DNA of 62,179 nucleotides, filler included, from Choristocarpus tenellus KU-1152 (GCA_964200185.2; 12 parts of 12 records of this genome joined end to end with filler, not necessarily neighbours in it); one strand, 5' to 3'; shown: positions 37,179 to 50,570, numbered from the whole stretch's first letter. Numbers and translations: made by a program. The notes: a model not told the origin generated them from the letters alone.

Positions 37179-38895
37179 ACGGCCTGAAATAGTTCGCCTT
37201 CCGCAACGCGCCAAAGCTCGCCATAGTGTCCATCGCCACCGAGCCAACACTCCTCAACGACGAAGAGGCGACCAACACCCACTTGCACCAGGTGATGAAG
37301 TGCTTGCAGGTGAAGATACATCCTCAGGGCACCATCGCGCAATTTGTGCCCCACCCGTGGGCGTTGCAATCACACCGCCTACATGGTGAGTTGCAGAGTC
37401 CGCCAGCGCTGAAATACGGGGTGTATTGCAGGAGACTATTGCAATCCACCATGCCTGTTATCAGTCCACCCGTGTGTCCATCGGAAACGATGGTGGTCGT
37501 TCAGGAGATGCGGATACTGTCTTGTGTCTTTCTTTTTCGCTTTCCCCATGTTATGTCATCTTCTTCGTACCTTGTATTTCCTTTTGTGTCTTTTGCTCTT
37601 TCTCCCCGGGTCGTTTGTAGTTCTTTGTTTGATTATCCGCGAATCGCATGCTGGTGTTACTTGTCTTCACTACATTTTTTTTGCCGTCTTTCCTTCTATT
37701 TAAGAATTTCCTATTGTTTGCATTTTTGCATTTGTTATTTGACTTGCGTTCCACACTCGTTGTACTATTATCATATTAGTGGTATGCGATTTCATGAAGC
37801 CCGACAATACCGTACTTGTGTGCTGTCACTGTCAAGTTTGACGCATGCCAGATGCACGCGCTTGCTCCCGCCTTCTCTTCATTCAGGGGCTCTTATGGAG
37901 TCGAAGGTGGGCTTGGATGTGGAGGATCATCCCCTCTGCTTATAATGTACAAGACGAGGGGGGGGGGCGCCCTCTTGCAGGCATGGATAACCATCTCGGA
38001 TGCCACCAGGACATGATTCTTCTCATGCGCAACGATGGGACAGAGTTCACCTACAACAAGCGAGTCACCGTCGATGACATCTTTGGACACGGGAGTGATC
38101 CATCTCCTCCGGTACTTCAAACCATGTATGACGTCGAGTACCAAGGTGCTGCGACAGACATCCCCATGAGGGCCCTCCACTTTCTCGTTAACAGGTTCGT
38201 TAATTACGTCACACACGCCCTTCTTCATGGGAGCAACGACGTTTTTTCTATAGGTGTAGATCATCGTTAAACAGTAACGCAACAAGCTGGGTGACGGTTC
38301 AGGGGCGTCAAATCGTACAATGAGTGTGTTTCCCTGAATCAGTACGTTAAGCATCCAACTGCACCAAGAGTGTGATTGAAAGTATCTTAGAGGGTACGAC
38401 TTTTGCCCTGTTTGTCCATTTGGGGGTTGGCTTCCCGTGAGGTTCTTAATGATATTTTCCTACTCCAAAATGTTCCGGACTAGGTCAAATGTATACGTTA
38501 TGAAAAGGTGTGTCCAGAACAAGGATACTGACACTTCCTAACAAACACGACAGCCAAAATTACATCAGAATCGCAACATTGGGTTTTGGCCCCCAAATGG
38601 ACGCTGCTCTACCCTCTAAGATACTTTGGCACTGTGTTGCCCTGTATCAGTACGTTACTCGTACATTGCCACATGATGAATCCATGTGCAATACAATGTA
38701 TTCCTCGGAATAATTTACGACCTGCCCTCCTATGATAGGTACACGAATCCTGGGGACATTGTCGTCTCCTTCAGCGCAGAGAGGCACAACGTGACGGAGG
38801 CGGCCCTTGAACGGAGCAGGAAAGTGGAGGTGTTCGTGTCCAACACGGCGTCAAAGGACGATGTGAAAGACAAGATGGAGACCTCCTTCGGCTGA
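37179..38895 (+). pseudogene. Spliced pseudogene resembling a divergent beta-class N4/N6 DNA methyltransferase fold
   Basis: Exons 37179-37385, 37887-38194 and 38739-38895 with GT-AG borders. In-frame TAG at 37190 and two frameshifts near 37930-37970. Translation: ..VSIATEPTLL..HLHQVMKCLQVKIHPQGTIAQF..PLLIMYK..HQDMILLMRNDGTEFTYN..IPMRALHFLVNRYTNPGDIVVSFSAERHNVTEAALERSRKVEVF. Confidence 0.55.
38374..38632 (-). mobile_element. MITE family A (in intron of the pseudogene)
   Basis: GATTGAAAGTATCTTAGAGGGTA...TACCCTCTAAGATACTTTGGCAC; TGT on both flanks. Confidence 0.85.
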
Positions 38896-39193
38896 GCCTA
38901 CAAGGATGGCAAGTGGAAGGTAACAAGGGTGTGCTGGCTTTTTTCTTTTTCTTTCCAACTTGTTTGTCTTTCTTCGCTATGGATAGGTGTCGGGCGTGCG
39001 GTTGTGGTAGTGATGTTTCCTTGTCCATGTTTACACGTTGCTAACACGGTGCACGCAGTGACCCACACCACAAACGGAAATTGCGAGGCCCCANNNNNNN
39101 NNNNNNNNNNNNNNNNNNNNNNNNNNNNNNNNNNNNNTTAATTAATTAANNNNNNNNNNNNNNNNNNNNNNNNNNNNNNNNNNNNNNNNNNNN

Positions 39194-40624
39194 CCTAATC
39201 GAACAGTAGACTGCACTCATGATCTCAGTAGTCTTCAAAAATTGCTGTCAAATGCCGAAATGCTTAGACACCCAAATCACCTTCAAAACCGTGATGGATT
39301 GGGTGGGCCAGATGGCTATGATGGGAAACGAGATGTCTGAGTAAGATCTTCAAATAGCCATGCTAGACAGCTTAGATGACTATATGTGATCAGTAAAGGT
39401 TACCTTTAACATCGCACAAAGGGAAAGAAGATGAAAGTCATGATTCAACTGGCTGCTCGTGGTTCCAGATATTTTTCCTTGCAGAGGGAGGTAGGAAATA
39501 AAAGGAGACAAGGGGTGCTCTTCTTGTCAGAACCATAATGACCAATCAAGGTGTTGACCATAGAATGACTGTTTTTTGTACGAAATCTGGTGTACGGCAG
39601 GATCCCATGCCAGATGCGACACACTAGGTTCCCATTTTGACATGACAGTGTCTTGTGTCAGATGTAACTAGTGTGGACTGCAAAAGCATAGCAATCCCAT
39701 ATGTTTGTAATTGGAGATGTTTCAATTCCAGGAAAAGGGGACATGTATAGTATGCTTGTCGTCAGGTGAAGATGAGCGCACCTAAACAGGTGGAATGTGG
39801 CCAATATAGAAATTAGGTGAGGGAGTATCTGGGATGGAGGCATGGTGCTTTGATCTGGGGACTTCAAGAGTGTGACCAATGACCCAATTTCAGACCCTGC
39901 CGTGATGACTGCCGGATGACAGTTGTGGATGTTGTATTGTCATCCATTGAGGGGTGCGGCATGCTTGACCTAAATATTAAAGTAGATCAGAATGAGTGGG
40001 TCCATATTACAGAGAACTGCAAGAATTGGGGACCTTGTGGCCACATTTCGGACATAAGATAAGTGAATTGGAATGTTATTACGTTGGACGGGAGGGATAA
40101 TTGAGAACAATGAGGACATGCTCCAATTTCTGAGGTCTCAAAGGTTGACCATGAAGTGAAACAATACTTCCGAGGTTCCTTAGTGATGCCGATTCTAGAC
40201 GAGGGGGCCAATGGAATGAAGATGCAATGGAGGGTGCAAGGTGTGTGAGACGCAAGGTCAAACACAGGTTGTCAAACCAGAGGACTTCAAAGTGGACAGA
40301 AAAGGGTACAAATGTGATCAAAATGTAGATAGAAATTGGTGACTGACGGAGGGAGCAGACGAGGGAGTTATACCTGGTCGGAAACATGGGGGACAGGAGT
40401 ACAGTGTCGATTTAATTTTTTAGAGGGGGAGATGTGATAAAGTGTTGTGTATTACTATTGTTCTTGTACACATAGTTCAGGTGTACCTGATTTTGTTCCA
40501 TGTCTCAATTATTTCTTGAGTAGTGCGTTCAATACGGTGTGGTAAAGGATGGACACCCACCATCTTCATCCTCTTCTGGCCTCCTATGAAGATCTGTCTT
40601 GGTCTAGCACTCTTTTCAATCACA
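39194..40624 (+). mobile_element. Highly decayed Ty1/Copia-like LTR retrotransposon with polypurine tract and 3' LTR
   Basis: Gag-like remnant MAMMGNEMSE*DLQIAMLDSL. Polypurine tract AGAGGGGGAGA at 40422-40432 is immediately followed by TGTGAT (40433)...ATCACA (40624), a 192-bp segment with perfect 6-bp inverted termini. Confidence 0.6.
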
Positions 40625-40675
40625 GCCACTGGAACCTCGTTCAGTGGACACGCTCACTGTAGATCAGCGTTGAGC

Positions 40676-43600
40676 ATGGTTAAGGTGAGGTAGAAGGATG
40701 GGGCAAGATCAAGCACAGCAGTCGTGGAGATGTGAACCATTCGAGGTTGATTTTTGAATTCTTTTCGCTAAGCGCTTCACTCAGGCGAACCTCCTGTACA
40801 CGCAAGAAAGTCTACGTCGTTATATTTTTGTGACTCCTGCCGTAGTTAGCTATTTTCCCGAGGTTTAGTCTTGCAAAGTTCACACTAAGTTTGCTCTTCT
40901 CAGTCGCAGGAAGGCGACCCTGTAATATCTGTTGACCAAAGTGGGGTCAATCATCGGGAATGTACGGGAAAAAGCGGCTGTTGCATAGAAGAAAATGCAC
41001 ACATCGTGCATACTCCGAGTGATAAGGATAAACGTCGGGAAGACCTCAGCCACGAGGTTCGCCAAGGGTTGCCCCTTACACCTTCGGCCTACGAACAGGA
41101 GGTCACCAAAGGTGAACTTGAAACACTGTAGTGATCGGAGCACAGCGTTGCAAAGTAGAAGATCGTAGGGTCGTAAATTTCCTCGTTGGAGACTATCGTC
41201 AGGCGCTTTTGATGAATCGTGAACGTTTCCTGCTCTTTCGACAGGCAGATGTATCCACCTATGGTTTTTTGTCGAGACTGCTCCACATTTCATTATATGT
41301 GCACCCTCTGCATTATTCGCCGTTCAACAGTCTGTAGCTTTGTTGTTTCCTTGTCCTCCTCGGTTCGATGATGCTTGTGCACGTAGTTGGCGGATCCAAT
41401 AGCACCCAGTCCCCTTTGAAACGAGACGAGTGTCCACTTGAGGTGCAGGGTAGTTTTCCTGGGGTAGTAACTTCAATACCAGCGCGAGCAGCAAAGAAGA
41501 TGAGAAGAAGGGGGTTAGAAGACGGGGCAGGAGAGAGCCCTGGGGTGGAGGTAGGGATGGAAGTTTCAGGGAGGTCAGGAGCAGAGGACGTAGTAAACGA
41601 AGGCGAAAACTTGAATTGTGGTGAAACAGGGGAGGGACACGAAGAGAATGGACCGGATGGAGGGTTGGACAGAGGTTATGTGGGCAAGCGGAAGGACTAT
41701 CTCACCTGGGACGATTATTTCATGTCTGTGGCATTCCTATCTGCCATGCGGTCTAAGGATCCATCAACGCAAGTTGGAGCATGGTGAGCAACTGTGTTTC
41801 GCCAATGATTGTAGCAGCAAGGGTAACTCTCGGGGCTCTTGATAAATGTATTTTTGTGTAAAGTTCTAGTTCGAAATCAAATATTCAGCATTGCTATACT
41901 GCTACTCTGGAAGGCATAAACCAAAGGGTTTTCATTCGCATTCCAGCATTCACAATGCACAATTGTTTGAGCCTTTAACATCAAAGTTTTGTAGTTTTAT
42001 TAAACGACTCAACCTATTGCCTTGCTTCTTGCTCTGCCTCATTCCTCCCTAAACTCTCCGCCCAACCCTTACACCACAATAACTCGTTCAACCCCCCCTC
42101 CCGGCTCTTGTCCACTTGCCCTACTTGTACCTGATTTCCACCCTTCATCTGGCTGTGATCACCTATCCCCTGATTCACACCCGTAGTATTGTCAACCGAG
42201 AGAAGCGCATCGTGGGCATTGGATACAATGGATTTCCAATGGGATGCAGTGATGATGAACTGCCCTGGGCACGCAGTGCAGACAATGAGCTAGACACCAA
42301 GTACCCAGTGAGTGTTTTGTCATTTGAGAGGTGTATGTCATGGTTACGTTTGTCACTGCTACTTCATTGGAGGTTTGATCGACTTATCTGCACCTTTTTT
42401 TTTTTATAGACATAGCTAGGGCACACTGTATACCTTGAATCGTTCACAGTCAAATTACTTAGCGAAGGCTTCCCATACTGCATGCAAAATATTGCAAGTC
42501 TGTAACCTGGTGATACACCCTTGCTCATGTGTGTACCTACGGACTGATGTTGAAGGTGCTGTGAGTCTCTCAAGCACGGCAAGACACACAAAAGTACAGT
42601 GGCACACAGGTAGACTGGGTAGGACTCTGCCAGGAAGTGCACAGTAACCTCCATCTTGTTTGAAGGGAGTAGCAGAGATGCTACTATTTGTAAAGAGACT
42701 CATGACTTGAGGCTAAGTTCAGGGTTCATGATGCCCATCAATCCCACTACCTACAATATTCGTAGTGTTGCACTGTGTTAGTGTTGTTCCGGATTCTGGG
42801 CCGGCAAACCTGCAATTCTGTACTTCACTCTCCCCCTTTCCTCCACCCTTGACTGACTCATCCTCATTCCCACCCCACTGCACACACACCATCATCAGTA
42901 TGTTTGTCATGCTGAGATGAATGCCATTCTCAACAAGAACAGTGCAGATGTTCGAGGGTGCAAGGTGAGAAGATTTCAAAGGGTGGGAATGCTTGGGCAT
43001 GCTGTGCTCTGCTATGAAGTCATTGTTGGGGGTATGACTCATATTTGAAATACTCTTTTTGTTAAGGTAATTTCCAGGTTTCTGGTTGGGGTTGAGGTCA
43101 ACAATGTCAAAATTAATATATGTATTATGTATTTCGTATGTCAAACATGTATGCTCAATTTGTCTTTTAATGCTTGTTCAAACAAAATTGATAAAACCAT
43201 CTAAGAATAGTATGGGGATGCAATGGACAAAAAATAGTGCTTGAAGGGTCCCAACAGGAGTGGGAAACCACTGTCCAGGATACTATACTGTTTTGGGGAT
43301 CTCACTAGGGGCCCAACATGCAGTGAGCTACTGTTTTTTCAGAGAAATTGGACAGGTCATGAAATGTCATTGGGTTGATGGTTGTTATGATAGCATGAGT
43401 TATGTTCTTAATAGTATATAGTTAACCCCAAGTACTGTTGAGAGTTCCTTCTACAGTCATACCGTACTGCTGACACTGTAGCACGAAAGGAATACCCTCT
43501 ACATTTCATAAGGTCAGTTAGAATGTGTTTGCCATGCATGCAACCTTGCCAGTCACTTAGATCTTGGGATATAGATCTGTTGGGAAACTGTGTCTTTATT

Positions 43601-45246
43601 ATTGTTGCAAGAACACTCAACATGTCAACATTTGAATTTAGGAATCGAAAGTCAATACACTCGATATTTGCTCAGAATTCATCGTCATGTTTTCTTTTTG
43701 TGCCTAGATCTAGGGTGTAGGTGATGCACTGATTCTTGGCATAGCTGGTGTGTGTGTGAGTGAGAACATATGTCGGTCATTTCTGGTGCTAATGCATAGT
43801 TTTGTAGTCAAGACTCATGAGGGCAGTCATGTGAACTGGAGGAAACACACCAATTCGAAAAAGATTGGAAGAGAGGAGGCTCAGTTAGCTGCATTGATGA
43901 AAGTAGGTTGTGATTTTTCGAACACACTATGTAGAAACGATAGTATAGTGTTTGTGTTGAGTATGACTGCTATACTCGTAAGACATGCACAACAACTATT
44001 GGAGCATGAGTTCACTTTTTGTGTCCACTTGAAACCAAGCCAGAGATACAAAATACCAAGCACTCCAACATTGTGGAATGCATTGGAGAAGAATTCTGGA
44101 GATTCTGCCAAGTGAATGGTTGTTCAACTGCTACACACAGATTGTGCTCATGGAAGGACAATGAGCGTGTAGAATTATTCTACCCCATCTGAAACATCCA
44201 CACACAGACACGCACACAATCCCCTGTGGTTACCAGATTTATGTGGCGCTGTACCCATGCAACGAGTGTGCCAAACTTATAATCCAAAGTGGAATTGAGG
44301 AAGTGGTGTACCTCTCGGACAAGGTGAGACATACCGATTCTACCCTGAGGAGACATGTGCAGTAAGGCAATGTGTGGGGAGTGAAAGCTAAGCAGATGTG
44401 GTAGGGTAATCCCAGGAGGAGGTAAAGAATACACTTGTAATGTATAATTTTTTTTTTCATATTGTGCGTATAATTTCTTGCCAGTAGTATATTTCCATGA
44501 GTACTGAAGGACCTGAGCGAACTAAGCAATTCGGTGCGAAGTTGTTCCCAAGAAAAAGACTGAAAAAATATCACTAAGAATACAGTTATTTGTTGACTTT
44601 AACTACTTTTTTCCCATTTACTTATGATTGTGGCTGAACTCGAAACTACTCCCAGTGTTTCCAATGTCAGTCGGACGAGTCTTGACTGTCAAATAATTCA
44701 CCTGCACTCATGAACGTATAGATTTCCTATGTACTCAATACTACTGTATTGTACAAGCATGTTTTAGAGTCCTACTGATGTGGTCAGTTTGGACCAAGAA
44801 CAAACATAGCTCTGCCCACTGCAAGATGTTTTGCTTCGCGTTTTTACATATAGAAACATATAGTGTAACATGTCTGAAGACTATCTATTCATCAATACTG
44901 AGCAGCTTTTGTATACAAGTAGCTTGTGGTGTTCAAAACCAAAGGGCAAAAGTGCCTTCCAATGGTGTAATAAGATCGAGCCTCATAATAAATTTGGACA
45001 TAGCTAAACTTGTCCTGGAGTCCCTGTAGGGACGTACTATGATAAAGGCTTGAACTTATGCCCCCCTCCTGCCCTCCCAAACTACCTCCACCCCACATCT
45101 TCTGTCCTACCCACTCCACCATCCAGTACCACTCTTCCCCAAGCATGACTGCATCACGGAGATTGTTTTCAATGGCTGGTGTTCGCACCCGTCAACATCA
45201 GCCACAGAGATCTTCTATTACAATCGACTTCTCCTGGGCTAATTAG
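40676..45246 (+). CDS. DCTD: dCMP deaminase (deoxycytidylate deaminase), 7 exons, ~335 aa
   Basis: Exons 40676-40684, 40904-41111, 41387-41783, 42187-42307, 42899-42964, 44237-44323 and 45127-45246 total 1008 nt, all GT-AG and phase-consistent. Motifs: [84 protein letters not shown]. The first two exons are less certain than the catalytic exons. Confidence 0.93.
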
Positions 45247-46089
45247 TTGGCTGCTCCAGTCTTGAGCATTTCTTCTTGAGAGTTTAGGATACCCTTGTGT
45301 ACTGAATAGGGTCAAATAAAAGACAATTTCTTCTATGTCACCAACTATACAGCTTGATACATAGAGGATATTTAATATTAACCTTTTCCAACTGTTTTCA
45401 GACTTCTTATTTGAACACACGTACTGCAATTGAGCCAAATCATTCGAGAGGTAGGTAGTTTGGGACTTTATCCATTCTAAGCCTTCTTTCTTACCTTGTA
45501 CAATACACTATTTCATTAATGCATGTGCACAATAGTGTACACAAAGTTGATATTCCCCATGTGCACACACAAAGTGACACCACAATTTAGCGGAGACTCT
45601 TTCTGCAATTGTACCTTTATGAGTTGTGCCATTGTGGTCTCCGATTCAGGGGAGCCAACAATGAAGAGAATTTCCCCGATGGGTTTTCCCCGCATACTCT
45701 CCTCCACTTGGGGGAGGTACTAAGAACTACAATGAATACCCACACATGGCTTTTCCCAATGCAATATCCAGCCATATGGGGACCAACTTGACTTGATTAA
45801 CCTCAAACCATGACCGGAAATATTTTGTACTTTGAAGAGCAGATAGGCAGACAAATCTAAACATGGACATTATTGCTCAATGTGTTTGCCTGCAATACTA
45901 ACTAGTGCCATTCAACACACTCGATGAATCCCAAGACATTGGTCTGTGTCTACAACGTGGACTGGTACTGGTTATTTGATGAATTCCCTCTCCCAGGTGA
46001 GCACGAAATTGTCAATATCAGGCCACTACTACAGCTGGAACTGAGGGGAACGTGAAGTGTAACGTGGGTTTCAGGCATATTTAAAGCAA

Positions 46090-48020
46090 ATATGAGGGTC
46101 TCATCGGCATGTAGTTTGGGCAACGTAGGAGCATATGGTCTTAATGCTTAGCAATCATACCAGCATATTGAGATGAATTATCGGCTCTTTCCCTCAAATC
46201 ACTTGTTGCAGGGAAACCACTGAGCCTTCTCTCATAGACATCAGGGGATGGATGACCTGGTCCCTTCTTACAAGCTACAATGCCCTTAACAAAGTAAGTT
46301 CCCAGTACAGACAGGTGAACATTTACTTGACATATATCTGGTTCAGGTAGCACTCTACCCATGAAATATTTCAACTCTGTTGCTTCTGGCTCCGTTTCCT
46401 TATTTGTGATACATGGTGTTAGTCGGGCATGATGAATAGGTACACTTCAAAGTTATCCTGAACTGTTTTACATGGTACACAGCAGGTGTAACTTGAGGTA
46501 TTACTTTGTAAGGACTTCTCCAAGGACTAGTAGTTTTATGTCAGGACCGCCTGACAAGGATTGTGGAACACACAAACCTTGGTGATTCATACTTTTTAGC
46601 TGAATTTTTTGTTTAATTTTTGTGGAGGTGATGACAGGTCAACTTATATAGGCAAATTGTGACTGGTGTGCGGTATTAGAAACATAATCTCCTGCACATA
46701 CAGGTTAAGCTTCAGGGACTCCTAGTATCAAAACCACAGGTAGGAGAGGACAACACCTAACCCTAGAGAAAAATGGTGACTCTTGTATAATGGTGTTATA
46801 TACTGTGCTATGGGCTAGTTGGACGCCTAGTAGGAGCTCAGTCCAATTATCCTGACCCATATCAGAACACATAGGCAACATCCCATGCATAGCTGGGTGG
46901 ATATTTTCCAACACACTGTTAACTTGTGGCCTACATGGGGTCGTTTTAGTTTTTACGAACCATTTGCTTGCTGCAAATTCACGTAAAATTTTAATCCGGT
47001 ATTCAATTTCTTGATTTGAGCATAACAACTCGAGTGGGTCAAACACTGAGAAAATACGATCCACTAATGATTTGACAAATGTTCGTTCTTTCTTATTTGA
47101 TCTACCAGTCAGAATGGCATAACAACTCCAATGATCCACGGCCGATGACACATATTTGAAGCAGTGGGACAGTACATACTTCATACTTTACAGAGTCAAC
47201 TGAAAGACGTTGAAATCGTCTATACACTGGTATTTGACACACAATTAGTGGTACTGGCCGATGTAACTGTTTACATTGGTGGACAAACTTGACAGGATGT
47301 TACTCTGGACTGGAATGGCTTCACCCAACTGATCTACAGAGAAGTTCTAACATGGGAGGAGTTACTTTTTGGAAGTGAACGCTGAGAATTGATATTTTCA
47401 GTTGGTGAGACATTGCGACAAATTAGAACCACCTGAAGGCTATATAGATGCCTTACGCTCTCCAAACTCATTCATTGCTCGGGAAACATATCTGGCGTGA
47501 TGTGCAACCAGGTTTGTTAATATTGAACCATGAAATGAAATGATTTAAGGGCTATTGCCCAACAATGTGTCCAAATGTTCGAGGTGTATTGCACAAAATA
47601 CACCTAACAAAGTACAGCATGATCTATGGGCACAGTGAAATGACTGCCACGTATGTATGGGCACCAATGGGTGATCTACTGCCTAACTTTCTGGACACGC
47701 AGCAGGAAAATGACTTTAAGCACATGTGAGAATAATAAACTTTGAAGTGCTATGATAGGCAATAAATTGAAGTCACTTGACAATGGATTGGTTTGAGGTA
47801 AAAAAGGACCCATACTCAATTCACTAATATCCATGTGGATGGTAAATTCACGATTAGAATCAGGAAAAGGTAGCACTGAAGTCATGTTAAGAAGACACAC
47901 TCCCTGAAAGCTGACTTCTGCTCACTGCCACAATCTACCCGACATAGGATTTTTTGTTTTACAGGCATGGGTGAGGGCAACCAACTGGGCTTGATACTTG
48001 CTAAATCGGAAATGCATACA
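46090..48020 (-). mobile_element. Decayed Ty3/Gypsy retrotransposon, same lineage as 26380-28280
   Basis: RNase H start VLPFPDSNREFTIHMDIS. Integrase VDHWSCYA..RIFSVF..TTPCRPQVNSVLE.IHPAMHGML..DNWTELLLGVQLAH. RVLPEPD plus chromo-like YFVKGIV. Many stops and frameshifts. Confidence 0.85.
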
Positions 48021-48025
48021 GTAGG

Positions 48026-48190
48026 TGCCGCTATTTTGGGCCAAACATTATGAACCAAATCGAAAAATATGCAATTTTGTACCGCTTTTTGACATGCTAA
48101 AAAAAAATAGACTTTTGTACCGGAATGATCGTATTCGGGTGATTTGGCACAAAATCCCGGATATATTCACGCGAGTTTGGCGCGCGCGTA
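48026..48190 (+). repeat. Dispersed repeat family D (inserted next to Gypsy remnant, truncated by contig end)
   Basis: Homologous to the reverse complement of 20562-20708. Confidence 0.65.
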
Positions 48191-49094
48191 AAAATTTCTC
48201 GCAAAAAGTGTCTTTCTTCCTGAGTCATGCTACCATACAGCAATACAGNNNNNNNNNNNNNNNNNNNNNNNNNNNNNNNNNNNNNNNNNNNNTTAATTAA
48301 TTAANNNNNNNNNNNNNNNNNNNNNNNNNNNNNNNNNNNNNNNNNNNNGAGAGGTTTGTTACCTTGGCTGGTAAGGGTTTCCGTAGATGGTTTTAACTCT
48401 GACTATATTAAATCCAGGTGTGCAGCTGGTACACTTATTGCAAAGTGAGCTTGGTGCATTATGAGAGGTCAATGACAACCAAGAAAGAAATAATAATCAA
48501 CAATTAACGTACAAGTGTCAACTACCATCTTGTGCTGATAAGAAGAGAGAGAGAAAAGAAGAACAAACAAGAGAACAAGAGAACAAACTTGAATCAATAT
48601 GTGGTGCAACTCAAGTGGCGCATACTATTCCTGTGTGTAGAATGCAGAGCGACTGTTCTATACTGCGGTGTTTTGACGGTAATTGATGTGTTGATGATGA
48701 GCTAGTAACAGTAACGACCGCTGCGTAACAGACCAATCAACAGTCAGTGTTGACCGGTGGAGCTGTAGCGTATTGAGGAAAGGCAGATGAGTAGCTTATG
48801 TTTGAATAATTTTCACTGTGCAGAATCCAATATGAATTATAGAACAATGTAACAGAAAGTATTCGGGTTCCACATGTTCGAGACGTTATTCTATATCTTA
48901 ATCGAGTTTTCTAGAGGTGTTGTAAGTGTTCAGTTTTAGTGATTCCTTCTAGAAACAACAGGTGGTAAACCTAACCCCACCATCAATAATAATATCACTC
49001 TTCTCTTTCCATCTATCTCATCATGTTTAGAAAAGGGGAATCGTATGAGGCTCCAGTCCCTTTCTTTTTTCTTCTTCTATACTGACATAAACAG

Positions 49095-50570
49095 GGCCGA
49101 GCAGTTGCATGTCCACTGTTGGCCATATGGCCATGTTGAAGCGGTTGGTGGCCAAGGATTCATTCATATCCAAACTTGGTTGTACATGGCGGGCCCGTGG
49201 ACCCGATCATGTTGAGTAGTAATGACCATGAACTCGGTCATGTTAGAACATTTTATCTATGACTGGCCACGTAATATATTTTTATCACCAGAGCAAGCAA
49301 CGTCATGAACACGCCTCCCCATTTTCCATTCACTCTACTTTTATATTGTACCCTATACTACCTTTGAAAGTACTGAGTATAAGATATATATTGATACTTG
49401 TGTCCTTTTATTATTTTAGAGACGAATAGAAATTCCAAATGAAACATAAACGGATCCTTGTGTGCTTGGTGTGTGGGTGTCTGAGATGATTTGTGACTTC
49501 AAGATATATTTTGATGCTATACATTGTATTATGTTGACACTCAGTCGTCAAGATTAAAATGTGTAAAAAAAAATGAAAATATATTAACTGCACACAACCA
49601 TATATGCATGCATACATACATTTGTGTTCTCATGATTTTGAACCAAGAGATCCCAGAGATGATTTGAAAGAGTTCAAATGTTTCCTCTGTTCCTTGGTCA
49701 GTCCTAAGTTGGCATCACAGCCTCCCACCGAAAGCTGCTTATCCTCTCTTGTTCATCGATAAAGGGAAGTTGTCTACCCCTCTGCCAAGGTTATCAAATT
49801 ATACTGTTGTGGGACACTGGCTTGTCTGGGGCATGAATAATGCAAAGTGTTGAGGAGTCACAGGGTTTTTGTGATAAGTTGATGAGCAGCTCATAGTGAG
49901 CCTTCATCCTGTATGTATCTCATGTAGTCGATCCTATGACCTTTGACAACTGGTACACCTCAAATATTCGCGACTTTTCACTTGGCCGGGCAATTGGCAT
50001 ATCCACTGTCAGTCATTACGGATGTGGGGTGGCCCGTGGCCCAACCAAATTGAAATGGTCGATGGCCATGGACTCGGTCCTGTCCAAACTTGGTTGTACA
50101 TAGCCCAATCGTGTCGATTAGTGCTGGCCATGGACTCTGCCATGTTAGAAAGTTTCATATATGTCCAGCAGGTAATATTTTTTCGAGACTTGGCTCGGCC
50201 ACGTCATGGCCATGCCTCCCTATTTACCATCCAATCTACTTGTATCTTGTATCCTATACTACTAAATGCTTACAAGTACCGAACATACTATTTATGTATC
50301 GATATTTCTACATTATTTTCTATTGTACTATTTTTGAGATAAACAAAATTAACATTGAATACAAATACATGGTTGTGTGTTTGGTGTTTGGGGTGGCTGA
50401 AGTGATTTGTGACTTCAAGACATGTTTTGACACTCCTTTTCTTGAAGGGTCAACGTGTAGCTTCTAAAAAAATTCCAAACACATGTGTATCTTGATATTC
50501 TCACTGCACACACATGTTTGTTCTTCACAGTTTTGAACCAAAAAAGTCCAGAGAAGAATCGAAAGAGCTC
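49095..50570. repeat. Diverged direct duplication of a ~580-bp unit (49095-49680 and 49990-50570)
   Basis: Colinear shared blocks TCCAAACTTGGTTGTACAT, CATGTTAGAA, TGATTTGTGACTTCAAGA, TTTTGAACCAA..CCAGAGA..GAAAGAG. Confidence 0.75.

Noticed and set aside
43408-43623. ORF containing [12 protein letters not shown], reminiscent of actin LTDYLMKILTERGYSF
   Set aside because: Only a few residues match, within a dCMP deaminase intron, with no further actin similarity; at most a tiny decayed fragment.
45613-45706. Possible minus-strand exon (EESMRGKPIGEILFIVGSPESETTMAQLIK)
   Set aside because: Plausible AG/GT borders, but no partner exons or family could be identified.
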